Part shown: in pieces, positions 40,541 to 51,743 of the stretch
Position numbering within the stretch: the first letter of the stretch is position 1
How the letters are laid out: each line of letters begins with the position of its first letter
NCBI GenBank assembly: GCA_946965045.2
Contig: OX337237.1
Location: 1,302,001-1,366,000, forward strand
Reading direction: 5' to 3'
Source of the DNA: Epithemia pelagica
Lineage: Eukaryota > Protista > Bacillariophyta
Length of the DNA stretch: 64,000 nucleotides
Position numbers and translations under genes: made by a program
Notes under the pieces: model-generated
What the model saw: the letters and a program-made list of their open reading frames with translations, nothing else
Databases searched by the model: none
What the model was told of the DNA's origin: nothing

Positions 40541-41959
40541 TCATTCTCGTAATAATAGTAGTATAAGACTATTGTGTACTGTGTAGATAGTACATAGTAG
40601 ACTGTACGAGCAGCTTATTCGCGCTCATAACTCCCAATACGATTCCTGCTTCCTCCAATAAAAAATACGAGAGTGACAGACTCCTCTACCAACTTTTGCG
40701 ATACGAGCGACTGGCAAGGGAGGGGCTCGCCCAAATTCCACTTCGATATTTTTTGTTTCCCTCACAATTCCTTTGTTCACTGCCTCAATGCTTCTACATT
40801 CCAAGTCTTTTGTCTTTTAGCCTTGAACTCTCTCATTATACCTGATCAGCGCCAACTTGTTCACAATAGACTCCCCAAAATGAGGTGACAATTCATCAGC
40901 TCCAGCCAACTGTCAAACAAAGTACTTGTAGTATGTTTACTTTTACGGCTAGGAACGAGAAGGGCTAAGGATGACAAGAAGGGCAAAAGTGATGAGATGG
41001 ATGTGAACAGCGTAAATACGTCCACCAAGGTAGACCTTTTGCAGTCCACAACAAGAAGAGATTTACCCAATGAGAAGTTCTACTTAGGAAGAATTATTTC
41101 TAGGCTTATCAACCAGGACAAAGGCAACAGATCACATTCCAACCTTCATCCTTCAATACTCTGGTGGTTCTGTTTGTCTCCTTGCATTCACCAGTTGATC
41201 TTTGTTTTGTGGTTCCACTTCAGGTGTGCATCCACCAGTCTTATTTCATACTACCACAAACTGTTGGTTCCGCACCAAGTGTACATCCACCGTCCATACT
41301 TCTCCTGGTGGTTCACAGCAGGTATACATCCACCAATCAAACTCCATCATAATGTTTGCGGGTTACCCAATCAAATGGGCTAAATCCACGCCTCTTTGTA
41401 TCTTTTATGGAAAACCGCAAGGAAAAACCCTTTCACCATCTCTGTGGTTCTGCAAAACACATTGTTGCACACTCCACAGCTCCATGGCAACAATCAATCA
41501 ACCCCATTTTGGAGCAACATTCACAGCGATTAGGGGCAAAAAGTCCTCTTTTGACCTTCTATTTGTAGACAAACTGTGCTCATGTAAACCTAGAGGTAGG
41601 AGTAAGAGGATGGGTTCTCGACTAGCGAGAAAGCTAGGTAGGCTTGCTAGAGGAGTACTTGCTACGGGCGGAATGGATACGGTTGTTGGTTAGACGCCCT
41701 AGCTAGCGTCCGACCGTCCGGACCCGCCCAAACAGCTTGTGAGTCACACTATAATGCGCGCCGGCAGGGACGAGGCATAGATCAAAAAGACCCATGACCG
41801 ATCCGTTCTGGATTTTCCTAGTACTAAATTTTGTAGGGGAATATTATTATTTAGAGTTTCCAGTAAGAGAGAGAGACGCTCCTTGGTTGGCAGTTGGCAT
41901 GGCCACAAAAAGCCAAAACGCGGACTTGTGCTGTCCAAAACCAGCATCAGATTCGTACG

Positions 41960-44737
41960 ATGATGGTGTTCCCTTTGCTCCAACAACCCAGAAAACCAAA
42001 GAGACGGACAATGGTGACACGACGACGACTATCCGTCTCATGTGTGATCCTCGTGATGCTGCTGGGCAATCCTTTCGATTCTGGCATTGTAAAGGCGGAG
42101 GCGATGCCATCGATCGAAACAACAAGGACAACCAACAGAAAACGAAGAAACACTTCTCACTCTAGCCCATCACCGCAGTCAATGCTCTTACGACAAGGAC
42201 GACAAGGATCACGAAACCAGTACCTTGGCCTTAAAATGAAGGAAGAGGAAGAAAAGGAGAACAAAATGTTTCTCGCAACCACCACCTCAGCAAATCAAAC
42301 CCAACAACAACGCAAGCTATTACAGACTTCTAGTGGACCAGAAGATTCCCACTGCTGGTCCTTCATTAGTTGGGATACTGCGAGCAACGCGAATGAGGAC
42401 TCTTCCTCTTCCTCCATTGGACGGGCGACCACGTCGGCCATGAAATTTGACATTGGATCCAAAGTGCAACCCGTGCATTGGCAAACCTTGGAATTGTCCG
42501 TGGAGGCTGACAGCACAATGACAATGACAAAGGACGATTGGCGCATCCAAGTCTACTTGTCGAATGCTACATATATTCAAGAAAAGAGGAACCAGCAAAA
42601 TGTGAAGGATGATGATGATGATTCTTCCTGGTTTACCAAAATTGTTGATACAACAGCTTTGGTACATCCCAACGGCAACCGAATCTTGATTCCGATGCAT
42701 GCATTTGGCGCCGCCAGCAATGGTGAAGCAACAACGGCAGGAGGCATCTCGTTGAACCGCTTGGACCGACGAATGGTGTACATTCGAGCGGCCGGCCCCT
42801 GGCTTTCCTATACCACAAAGGCCCTTCAACAATTTCAGGATCAAGCTGCCTCCAACCTTTATTGGACGCTGTTTGTTGGCAATCCCATACTCTCCGCGTT
42901 GGAACCAGACACCAACAATGACTGGGAAGAGAATAACAACAATTGGATCAGTGCCATTTTGAACCCTGACAGTGCAATGTCGTCGACTGGTTCCGTGTGG
43001 GATACCAGTCAATCTCTCACCTTTTCGGGAATAGTTCACTACCAATACCAACGCAGTGCGTGTTCCTCTGAGAACAACAAACAAGACGGAGACGGAGATT
43101 TGTCACCGTTCACTCGACTGACGTCATTACCTGTGGAATATCTCTTTGTGGTCAATCAAACCTTGGCAGCGACCGACTATCAACGCCTGGGACAAGCCGT
43201 CGATGGCTGGATCGATGAACGGTTGGCCAGAGAAAACGAACAAAAGGAAAAAGATTCCACACTCCTTCAGCAATACGTCCAATTGCATCAATTGAAACGC
43301 TCCTCACGGTCCAAAGCCTTGAAACGAAATCTGGCTGGACAGCAGTGTCAGGTACCCGGTTGGACCGCCTGTCATGTCATGGTCGTCCGGATGCAAGTCG
43401 AATACCATGACAATGAAGCGACGGACATCGAGGACGGTACGGATACAAACCATTCCATTTCACAAGAACGGGTTGCGGCAGCTTTGTATGAGCGTGATAT
43501 TGTCACAGACATGTCCAATCAAGCCATTGTTCCCAGTTTGTCCACCGTGGGTGTCCTGTACATGGGCCTCACCACAGTTCAAGTTCGCATTCATTTCACC
43601 TTGCACGGTGTACCGGCTGGCACCAACAAATTGGATGACACGCAAGTCCACTTTTTTACGAATCAAGTGTTACTGCATGCCAATGTCCACTTAGATTCCA
43701 TGGTGGCAAGAGTGCTTGACGTACATGTGGACAAGCAACTGGCCGTGGCGGCCCAAGAAACGTCTACAACTCATAACAGTTTTCAACTCTCGGGTGTCTT
43801 GACAGCGGGTCATTCGGTCTTGTACAATGTCACCGACCTGGCCGACCGAATGCATCAAGCATTTTCTTCTGAACAACAGGACGAAACGACAATGTCTCTC
43901 GGGACGCGATTTGTCTCATTCGTCACATACAATGCCCATTTGCAGGCACCCATGGCCGAGCATCGTCGGTTTGACGCATTTTCCCACTTGGAGTCGATGG
44001 ATTTATTTGTGGAGGACCGTCGCATTGACAAAAATGCTAACGACAAGAATAATGATTCAGTATCGTTCTCCCAAGAAGATAATCGATTGGATGACGTGAC
44101 CGACTCTGTTGACTGGTGGATTTTTGTCCTGGCTGGAGTAGGTGGCTTGCTGGTGGTCGCAGGGACCTGGTGGGTCGTCCAATCGTGTTGGTTTCGTGCT
44201 CCTGGCAAGCGAACAGCGGCTACTTCTTCTACACCGAGACAAAAGGAATCCTCTTCACCCAAACACGAGGACTGGACGAGGAGTGCTGTGCCAGTGCAAC
44301 AGCACAGCAATGATTTGGATCGGTTGATCCAGTACCGAAACGAATCGAACGACAACAACCAAAAGGCACCACCTTTGCGCGCAAGTTCCACCGCTGGAGC
44401 GACGACATCGTCGGGAACGAGTGGTAGTAGTTTTCATGGCTTCAACTACAATGACAACTCCGTGGAAGAACGACAACAGCTACAAGAACAGCCTTTGAAC
44501 AACCGACCTACATCCCGAAAAGAAACGTCTCGTCCTCAAAGTGTCCCACGGAATACGAAAGGAAGACCACAACAGCAGCAACCGCAGCCCAACCGTAGCA
44601 TTGGAGGGGGGACCATTCTTGCTGCCCCCTCACGACCTCGGTATTTGCAGGCGGAGCAACAGACGGAGGGTCGGTATTCCCGTGGTGATCATGGTCGCGC
44701 TCGTCGCAGTAGTCCTTATAATTATGGTCGTCCATAA
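41960..44737 (+). CDS. Hypothetical single-pass (type I) membrane protein
   Basis: Long intact ORF. N-terminal hydrophobic segment VSCVILVMLLG, TM segment WWIFVLAGVGGLLVVAGTWWVV, low-complexity cytosolic tail. Start uncertain. Confidence 0.7.
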   Translation: MMVFPLLQQPRKPKRRTMVTRRRLSVSCVILVMLLGNPFDSGIVKAEAMPSIETTRTTNRKRRNTSHSSPSPQSMLLRQGRQGSRNQYLGLKMKEEEEKENKMFLATTTSANQTQQQRKLLQTSSGPEDSHCWSFISWDTASNANEDSSSSSIGRATTSAMKFDIGSKVQPVHWQTLELSVEADSTMTMTKDDWRIQVYLSNATYIQEKRNQQNVKDDDDDSSWFTKIVDTTALVHPNGNRILIPMHAFGAASNGEATTAGGISLNRLDRRMVYIRAAGPWLSYTTKALQQFQDQAASNLYWTLFVGNPILSALEPDTNNDWEENNNNWISAILNPDSAMSSTGSVWDTSQSLTFSGIVHYQYQRSACSSENNKQDGDGDLSPFTRLTSLPVEYLFVVNQTLAATDYQRLGQAVDGWIDERLARENEQKEKDSTLLQQYVQLHQLKRSSRSKALKRNLAGQQCQVPGWTACHVMVVRMQVEYHDNEATDIEDGTDTNHSISQERVAAALYERDIVTDMSNQAIVPSLSTVGVLYMGLTTVQVRIHFTLHGVPAGTNKLDDTQVHFFTNQVLLHANVHLDSMVARVLDVHVDKQLAVAAQETSTTHNSFQLSGVLTAGHSVLYNVTDLADRMHQAFSSEQQDETTMSLGTRFVSFVTYNAHLQAPMAEHRRFDAFSHLESMDLFVEDRRIDKNANDKNNDSVSFSQEDNRLDDVTDSVDWWIFVLAGVGGLLVVAGTWWVVQSCWFRAPGKRTAATSSTPRQKESSSPKHEDWTRSAVPVQQHSNDLDRLIQYRNESNDNNQKAPPLRASSTAGATTSSGTSGSSFHGFNYNDNSVEERQQLQEQPLNNRPTSRKETSRPQSVPRNTKGRPQQQQPQPNRSIGGGTILAAPSRPRYLQAEQQTEGRYSRGDHGRARRSSPYNYGRP

Positions 44738-44994
44738 AGCTTCTCTTCATGATTCGACTTTGTATGTAGAATAGTAGTTTCATGAGACCACGTACTGCTT
44801 TTCTGCGTTCCCAGTAGAACTCTCGTCTTGGTGGATCAAGTCGTGAGCATTTTAGGTTCACCCTGAGATATACTATAGCTCTTTTAGACTAGCTCCTCGC
44901 AAAGCAGGAGCATAGCATCAGTCTGTCCGTCAGCTCGCCCCCCGAGTCGTCGCCTCACATTCCCAATCAACATAATGAGGATAGATGAGGAAGG

Positions 44995-45510
44995 ATGTCG
45001 AGCGATGATACAAACCAAGAAGCAGAACCAAGCAGTATCCAGCTGGACAATTTGAGCTTGGAGCAGCTTCAGCAACTGCGACAGCAAGAAGAGGCACGGC
45101 TGCAAGGGTTGACTCAACGATATGCGCAACTAAGAGCCGCCGCGGCTCGTCTTTCGGCATCGGAGATGGCAGTGACAGAGCTGGAGCAAGCTACAGAAGA
45201 CAGCCATGTCTTGGTACCCCTCACCGACTCGTTGTACGTTCCTGGCAAACTCAAACCACAAGGCAAGCTGCTGGTAGAATTGGGAACAGGCTACTACGCT
45301 GAAAAGTCATGCAGTGATACGAAAGAATTCATTGATCGCAAGGCCAAAATCGTACAAGCCAACAGTGATAATTTGACCAAGGCTATCCAAGCAACACAAC
45401 AAAATGTACAATCCATTGTGGCGGCTATGCAAGGAAAGCTTCTAGAGATTCGGGCTAGGCAAGAGGGGATGCGCCATAAACAATCTACGCTCGAAGCAGT
45501 TGCAGAGTAG
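44995..45510 (+). CDS. PFDN5: Prefoldin subunit 5 (alpha type)
   Basis: LDNLSLEQLQQL...LVPLTDSLYVPGKL...LLVELGTGYYAEKS...F.DRK are canonical PFDN5/Gim5 motifs. Confidence 0.92.
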   Translation: MSSDDTNQEAEPSSIQLDNLSLEQLQQLRQQEEARLQGLTQRYAQLRAAAARLSASEMAVTELEQATEDSHVLVPLTDSLYVPGKLKPQGKLLVELGTGYYAEKSCSDTKEFIDRKAKIVQANSDNLTKAIQATQQNVQSIVAAMQGKLLEIRARQEGMRHKQSTLEAVAE

Positions 45511-45704
45511 ACAACTGAAAGTTGACAATTCATACAGATGTTACCATCATAATTGAGATGTAGTTTCCTTCTGATGGCAAACATATATGCGTCCAATACC
45601 GTCGCATCCCACCAAAAGGAGGCCCGGTAGCTACTCAACTCTTTTAAGCTTAGAGAGAGATTAAATCTGGTATCCACTCGCCGATCACATAACACCAATG
45701 ACTA

Positions 45705-48700
45705 TTATAATGCGACAAGAGTAGATGATACTTCACCAACCATTTCCTCCCTCAATGCTTTAGCTCTCGTTGAACACCGAGAAGCAAAAAAGATAACGTC
45801 ACGATCCCGTCCTTTTGTTTGTTCGTCGTGCAACTGCCGTCCCACACACTCCACCACATTTGATAGGTCCTCTGAACCGAGGACATGCAATACCGATTCC
45901 AGGATTCTTCCTACGTTCAACCGTACGTTCGCAATGCGGTCGTCGCAAAGTGACAGCGCAGTCGCAACCAACTCACTTGTCGGCGATGCCGACGACATGG
46001 TCCCGCCATCATTTTGTGGTTTCCACTTGGTAGGACATGCGCCATTCAGTAGGAGGATCTCTATCATCTTTAGACTCAACAGCCGTTGTTTTGAATTGGG
46101 ATGAGTGGCACATCGCCTGATGGCAGGGATGACGATTCTGTGGAACCACTCTGCGCTTGCATCTTCACCATGGCTTCCCAGACTACTACCGCCCATACAC
46201 AAACATTCTGCCGCAGTTTTTCTAACCTCATCAACCTTGTCACTCATCAAACGTACACACAAATGAGAGATCTCAGTTCTGGTTTCCAACTTTTGAGTAC
46301 ATCCGAGGAGAGCCGGGACAATCTCTACGGCACTCTGACGAACACGCCATTGCTTACTGTCCGCGAGCTCCGACAGCGTCGGCAAAAGCCTCAACACCTG
46401 CACTTCTGACAACACCGGAAGGAAAACTGGCTGCCTGTTTTCTCTACTTGCATGAGAGTGCATCGAGGTAACCGATGCAGAGTCGTCGTCAACGGAGGCA
46501 ACCGATTGGTGGCGATGCCTTTGTGAGCTGGGAATGGTGGTCGATCGCCGACTTGCATTGGTGACCGCGCGAAGAGCAGCACTGGTAACTTCTGGGTCTT
46601 GGTCGTTCAGTAGTTTTTGGACCAATGGAACTAACCTTTCGTCAACTTGCTTCTTGTATCGTCTATACACTTCGGGTAAGGGACTAGACGGATCAGGTGA
46701 TGGTGACAATCCCTCTTCAACTCTTCCTTGTAAAGCAACCAACAAGGTAAGCAACTCACCAGCTGCCGATGCTAGTGCTACCCGAACCACAGCGACTGTG
46801 TCATTCTGAAGTCTTATCGAAGCTGGCACTAATGCCTCAAGAATGCTGACTTCGCTAACACTTGCACCTGGTGGACTTGATAATAAAACTATTCCAGCTA
46901 GCCGAGGAACACACATAACAGCCTCGCAACGAACGCGTTCGTCGGGATCAGACAGCAGTCCCAGCAAGACGTCAATAACAACAGACGACCAGTGGTCGCC
47001 CAATGCATCACAGAGCCGATCACATTGTGCTGCGACTGCCAAGCGCACAGATGGTGAGCGATCTTCCGCCAACCTCGTGGCCACTGGTAACAACTTGCAT
47101 TGAAGCAAGTACACGTCCGCAAATATCGGATCATTCCTATCCGGCAATCTCCGTAGATACCGGCTTCCTTGACTCGCATCCCCCACAAATGTATTTGGCA
47201 AATGCTCAGCCAAATGCCACGTTAACGTCATGGCTGCTGAGCGCATTTGTGGTTCCGGATCAGTCATGGAGCGTTCACACATAAGTACCAGCCACGGAAC
47301 GCATCGAGCGTCAAACACTAATTCGGCAATTTCATGAAGGACGTTAGCGGTCGCCTTCCGCACCAAGACTTCGACGTCGTGCAATGCGCGGGTAATGACA
47401 CCACGCAATTGCAGTTGATGAGGAAAGTTCAAGTGCCCCCATATAACAGGACCCAACGAACATGCTGTAATCCGAGCACTCATGCTCCGACTCGCAGCCA
47501 GTCGATGCACCACCGCCAAAAATCGATTACCTGCATGGAGACGATGGAGTTCCTGGCTAGTGTAAAAGTCTTTCTTTCCAAGTTTACGTCTCAGTTCTTC
47601 CGCAAATTCCGGATCCATAGTTTCCACTCTGCCAGAGATTTCTTCACAAATCGGACTCCTCATAATTGGACAATTCAATACAATCAGCTTCAACAAACTC
47701 CCTGCACTTCCCAAGTCGTTAATTGGACCGGCCTGAGGTCCCGATGTGGCTGATATCGAGTCTTCTTCACTCATTTCCATTTCCGTATCGACATCAAGTA
47801 TATCACAAAGAAGAGCGATTACCTCACCACGAAGAAGCGCCGCGGGAGGCGAGGTGGTGTCGGCAAGGAAGGTACGTGTGCGTTGGAGAACATCTCCGAT
47901 TTGAAGCAAGGGTTTTTCATGTGCAATATTAGAATCCTCTAAGTTTGCGCGGCCTTTCCCGCGACGCAAGCCACCACGACCAGGCAAAGGAGGTGGTGGG
48001 GGTGGGTGACCCCCTTTCCGTCGACGAGGCTGTTCCACAGGGGCATCGGATGGGTTGCTACTGTTTCCTCCTTTGTTTGGGGAGCTATTCGTTCGCTTCC
48101 TTGTGAAATCAAGCAGAACCTTGGCGGCACTTTTGGCGGCGTCTGTGTATTCTTTCAGCGTATGCTGATACAAATGACTTCCGTGTTGGTGTTGAGATTG
48201 TTGCCCACTGTTGCGTGTCGTGGTATCCTCAGGGAGAATGTGAATTTCCCGCTCCAAGCCGAAAACAAAAAGAGTAAGAATCCAAATCAATTTATCTGCA
48301 GCTCGCGCGACACCTTCTTCTTTCTTATTGTGATTGTGGTTGGCCGAAACCAATCTTCGTCGAATGTAAGTTGTAAAGGCATCTAACCGCAAATCTGCTG
48401 CAATCAAAGGTCGGACGACGTCGCCTGTTGGCCCTGCATCCTGAGAAGTACTATTTTCAGCCGACATGCGATTGTGCGGGGTTTGCTGAGTGTTTCCATC
48501 AACGGTGGTGCCAAAACCAGGTCCACGAACCAAAACGGTACCGAACCCTGCTCCTCGGATCAAGCGTCCCATTTCTTCTCGAGCCGACCGTAACGACTCT
48601 TCTGACAACTGCTTGAGCACAAGCATCAAAGGTCGTTGCGATTGCCGTAGTTCATCAATCGTTTCAAAGTGAGTCAGATTTTTTGTCTCAATGTTTCCCA

Positions 48701-50603
48701 CCTTGACAATTAAGGATCCAACTTTCGCACCCGCTTTTTTCGCCGGTCCTCCTGCAAGGACCGTTCTCACCACCGTACGTTCCAAAACATTTTCCACTGT
48801 CAAACCAAGCATTTCGCGTTCGATTTTCACAAGATATTCTCCCGGTCGGAGACCCATACTGTCTTTATTTTTGTTGGAAGTTGTTGTCGATTCCGATGCA
48901 ACAGTGGTATCATCTTCGTCGACGCCACCATTTTTTGTTTTGCCTCGAAAACTGGCCATGATGGTAGATGATGATTTCTTGGACGAATCCGTCATCCCAA
49001 ATGTTGTGGTGGAAGCACGTCGAAACATACCAAACATGGAAGAGACAGCTGCTCGTCCAGGAGATGACATACTGGACATGGTGGTCGACATGCTCCTTTT
49101 TTGCGCTTTGGTTTGTTCGGTATCCTCCTCTGCGCTCAAGTCAACAGAGGCTACAGCGGCCGCCGCAGCGGCGGCCATATCCATAGGATCGTTTGCCGTT
49201 GGGGGCGTCTCGGCTTCACGAATACAGCAAGCGCGAAAAAAGGCCAATGTCGCGTCGCCTTTGACCGACGTACAAGGAGGTAATAAATCGGGAACCACCA
49301 CTGACGTTTCTGTTTCGTAGTCCTCCTTCACCTGATCGTTTCTACCAGGGCTACCAACGGATGATTCCGTGTCGGCGTCCAAGGCAGTCTCCGTGGTTCG
49401 ATCCCCTTCACCGGATGCGGTGGAAGTGGTAGAAGTTTTGCGATGACGAGGTAACATGTTCAACAACGACTCGTACGCTCCTTCTACTTTCTTCAACACG
49501 GACAGAATACGTTCCGCTGCCAATATGGATAGTTCTTCTTCATTTTTTGCCTTTTCGTTATCTTTTGCCTCTGGTGGATCATCACCACGGATCGGTTGTT
49601 TGGCAGCGCCACTAGAATCAGACCCACTGCTATTGTTGCCATTTCCATCTTCCTCTTCCTCAATACATTGGAAATACTCCAACAAAAGTAAGTGCTGTAG
49701 AAAACAAGTATTGTCTCCTCTTGTCAAATGATCTACAAAACTCGAGAGAGCCGAAGAGGACGACGACGAGGTTTCTTGAGTTGTGGCTCGTGCCTGCAAG
49801 TGACGTTGTAAATCTTTGAAGCGAACGCGCTTCCATTGGGGTGTATCCGGTGGATCATTTTGATTGGCCGGATCCTCATTTCCAGAGCTACCCAAAAAGG
49901 TTTGCGCCACCGCCCGAGCTTGCGCTGCGGCTTCGGCGGGTGATTTGTGGTTGGCGGTGGCTGCCGCAGCTACGGCTGCCAAAGCAACAGCGGCTTTACT
50001 CGTCACATCGTCGTCATCGTCAGCACTGCCCGGGGAAACATTTCCAGAAAGCGTACCGCCAGAGGATGACAAAGTGCCCCCAGGAGAACCAGAAGGTGAT
50101 TGGATTGGATTGTCAAGTTTTTCTTCGGGAGGGTCCTTCTGAGGGGACGAGGGTAGTTTGACGATATGTGGTTGTGGCGTTCGCGAATCTTGTGCAGCAT
50201 TGTTGTTACTCGACTGTTGCGCAAGAGACTGATCATTATTGGAAGCACCTGAAGTGCTGTATCGGTTCACCAAAGCAGCTGTAATTCCTCCATCGTTTGA
50301 AAGACCTCCTGGTTGAATTTCTGTCGCATGTGGTGTAGGAGGTGGTGGCGGTGGCGGCGGAGGAGGAACAGCGACGGAGGCATTTGGCAATGAATTCATC
50401 TCCTCCTTATTCAACTGCACCTGTTCTGTCAGAGACGGATCTTGTAAGTTGCTAGGAAGGTCGCTCAGTGTTCCATTCAGGCCAGATTTTGCTTTGACAC
50501 CATCAGTTGTATCCGAGATATGAGCGACGGTGGAAGAGGAAGCATCTTCTTGCGATGACCCGCTTCCTTCACCCTGTAAAGGGTCAGCAGCTTCTGAAGC
50601 CAT
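45705..50603 (-). CDS. PDZ domain + C-terminal HEAT-repeat (PP2A-A/PP4R1-like) protein
   Basis: PDZ: LGLTVE...GGPAKKAGAKVGSLIVKVGN...FETIDELRQSQRPLMLVL. HEAT: LHDVEVLVRKATA, LAEDRSPSVRLAVA, LADSKQWRVRQ, LMSDKVDEVRKTAA, LCDDRIANVRLNV. Confidence 0.85.
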   Translation of the reverse strand: MASEAADPLQGEGSGSSQEDASSSTVAHISDTTDGVKAKSGLNGTLSDLPSNLQDPSLTEQVQLNKEEMNSLPNASVAVPPPPPPPPPPTPHATEIQPGGLSNDGGITAALVNRYSTSGASNNDQSLAQQSSNNNAAQDSRTPQPHIVKLPSSPQKDPPEEKLDNPIQSPSGSPGGTLSSSGGTLSGNVSPGSADDDDDVTSKAAVALAAVAAAATANHKSPAEAAAQARAVAQTFLGSSGNEDPANQNDPPDTPQWKRVRFKDLQRHLQARATTQETSSSSSSALSSFVDHLTRGDNTCFLQHLLLLEYFQCIEEEEDGNGNNSSGSDSSGAAKQPIRGDDPPEAKDNEKAKNEEELSILAAERILSVLKKVEGAYESLLNMLPRHRKTSTTSTASGEGDRTTETALDADTESSVGSPGRNDQVKEDYETETSVVVPDLLPPCTSVKGDATLAFFRACCIREAETPPTANDPMDMAAAAAAAVASVDLSAEEDTEQTKAQKRSMSTTMSSMSSPGRAAVSSMFGMFRRASTTTFGMTDSSKKSSSTIMASFRGKTKNGGVDEDDTTVASESTTTSNKNKDSMGLRPGEYLVKIEREMLGLTVENVLERTVVRTVLAGGPAKKAGAKVGSLIVKVGNIETKNLTHFETIDELRQSQRPLMLVLKQLSEESLRSAREEMGRLIRGAGFGTVLVRGPGFGTTVDGNTQQTPHNRMSAENSTSQDAGPTGDVVRPLIAADLRLDAFTTYIRRRLVSANHNHNKKEEGVARAADKLIWILTLFVFGLEREIHILPEDTTTRNSGQQSQHQHGSHLYQHTLKEYTDAAKSAAKVLLDFTRKRTNSSPNKGGNSSNPSDAPVEQPRRRKGGHPPPPPPLPGRGGLRRGKGRANLEDSNIAHEKPLLQIGDVLQRTRTFLADTTSPPAALLRGEVIALLCDILDVDTEMEMSEEDSISATSGPQAGPINDLGSAGSLLKLIVLNCPIMRSPICEEISGRVETMDPEFAEELRRKLGKKDFYTSQELHRLHAGNRFLAVVHRLAASRSMSARITACSLGPVIWGHLNFPHQLQLRGVITRALHDVEVLVRKATANVLHEIAELVFDARCVPWLVLMCERSMTDPEPQMRSAAMTLTWHLAEHLPNTFVGDASQGSRYLRRLPDRNDPIFADVYLLQCKLLPVATRLAEDRSPSVRLAVAAQCDRLCDALGDHWSSVVIDVLLGLLSDPDERVRCEAVMCVPRLAGIVLLSSPPGASVSEVSILEALVPASIRLQNDTVAVVRVALASAAGELLTLLVALQGRVEEGLSPSPDPSSPLPEVYRRYKKQVDERLVPLVQKLLNDQDPEVTSAALRAVTNASRRSTTIPSSQRHRHQSVASVDDDSASVTSMHSHASRENRQPVFLPVLSEVQVLRLLPTLSELADSKQWRVRQSAVEIVPALLGCTQKLETRTEISHLCVRLMSDKVDEVRKTAAECLCMGGSSLGSHGEDASAEWFHRIVIPAIRRCATHPNSKQRLLSLKMIEILLLNGACPTKWKPQNDGGTMSSASPTSELVATALSLCDDRIANVRLNVGRILESVLHVLGSEDLSNVVECVGRQLHDEQTKGRDRDVIFFASRCSTRAKALREEMVGEVSSTLVAL

Positions 50604-50783
50604 CAAGTCACTACGTCGTTTCTTTCAATGGGGATGACCAATGCCTAGTTCACGATAAAAAGACCATAACCATTCGCATTGCAGTATCAGCAACGCAAGA
50701 CATGCTATTCCGAAAGGAGACGTTGGATGGCAGAGATGGACGGAATATCCACGACACATAAACTATGATGACAATAGCAAATA

Positions 50784-51388
50784 AGGGCTGGGTAAGCCGA
50801 TCCATGTTCGGCTAGGTAGGCTCAGTACAAAACCTACGTAGAGTACACAAAATCTCATAGTTGACGTCACGCCGGAAATGGTCGGAATTTCAAAAAAATG
50901 CAAAAACGCTCGACAATGATGGCGAGATCCGGTGACCCCGTATGCATTCATCCATGCATCGCATAAACATCCAACCACCGTAAGTCCTTTGCCTTTACCT
51001 TTGAAATTGTTGTCTGAAATTACAGAAGATTTGCCAAGTTGGCTGAAAAGGTACGCTGATTTTTCTGCAGTGATGAAATCGAACGACTGCCCTAACTCAC
51101 TCATTTTTCAATGCTGACTCGACCGAATTGAAACCATAGTTGAACTAGTAGTAAAGAGTCTTATTCTAAAAGCGGTTTAGGTGAGCTCTATTATTGAGGA
51201 AGTTATGGCCATGGGGGTGATGGCTTCCACCATTGTCGAGCGATTTGCATTGTTTCTCGTGGCAGCAAGTTTTCAGTTTGCGACTCGGTGTGACCATCCG
51301 CCCCACTTCTTACACAGACGAAAATAGTACTACGTAGGTTAATGTACTGAGCCTACTTAGCCGAACATGGATCGGCTTACCCAGCCCT
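50784..51388. mobile_element. MITE (~605 bp) with long TIRs, TA flanks
   Basis: AGGGCTGGGTAAGCCGATCCATGTTCGGCTA(G/A)GTAGGCTCAGTACA... at the left and its reverse complement ending 51388. Further inverted similarity at ~50897-50940 / 51212-51255. TA at 50782-83 and 51389-90. Confidence 0.85.
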
Positions 51389-51743
51389 TACTATTTTGAT
51401 CTTGGCTTTTACTTATTCTTATATATTGCATCTCAGTATATGTCTAACACTGGAAATGACTGTCACTTCGGAGTAGCTCACACTTCGCATGCCAGTGGAT
51501 GTGCTCACGCGATTCGATTCTATATACTGTACTATAGATCCGTTACGCGCAATAATTGCGAATCGCCGAGCGAGCTATCATCCATTGACAGAATTGTCAC
51601 GCTCACTTTTTCTGGACGCAGAACTCGCCCTATTCTTGGCGAGGTCTCCAATTTGTAGACTGCAGTCACTCTCGCGGTGGACAACATGGCAGAACGAAGT
51701 ACACCCATCCAAAGATCCTAAGCAATCGGATAAAGCAACAACC

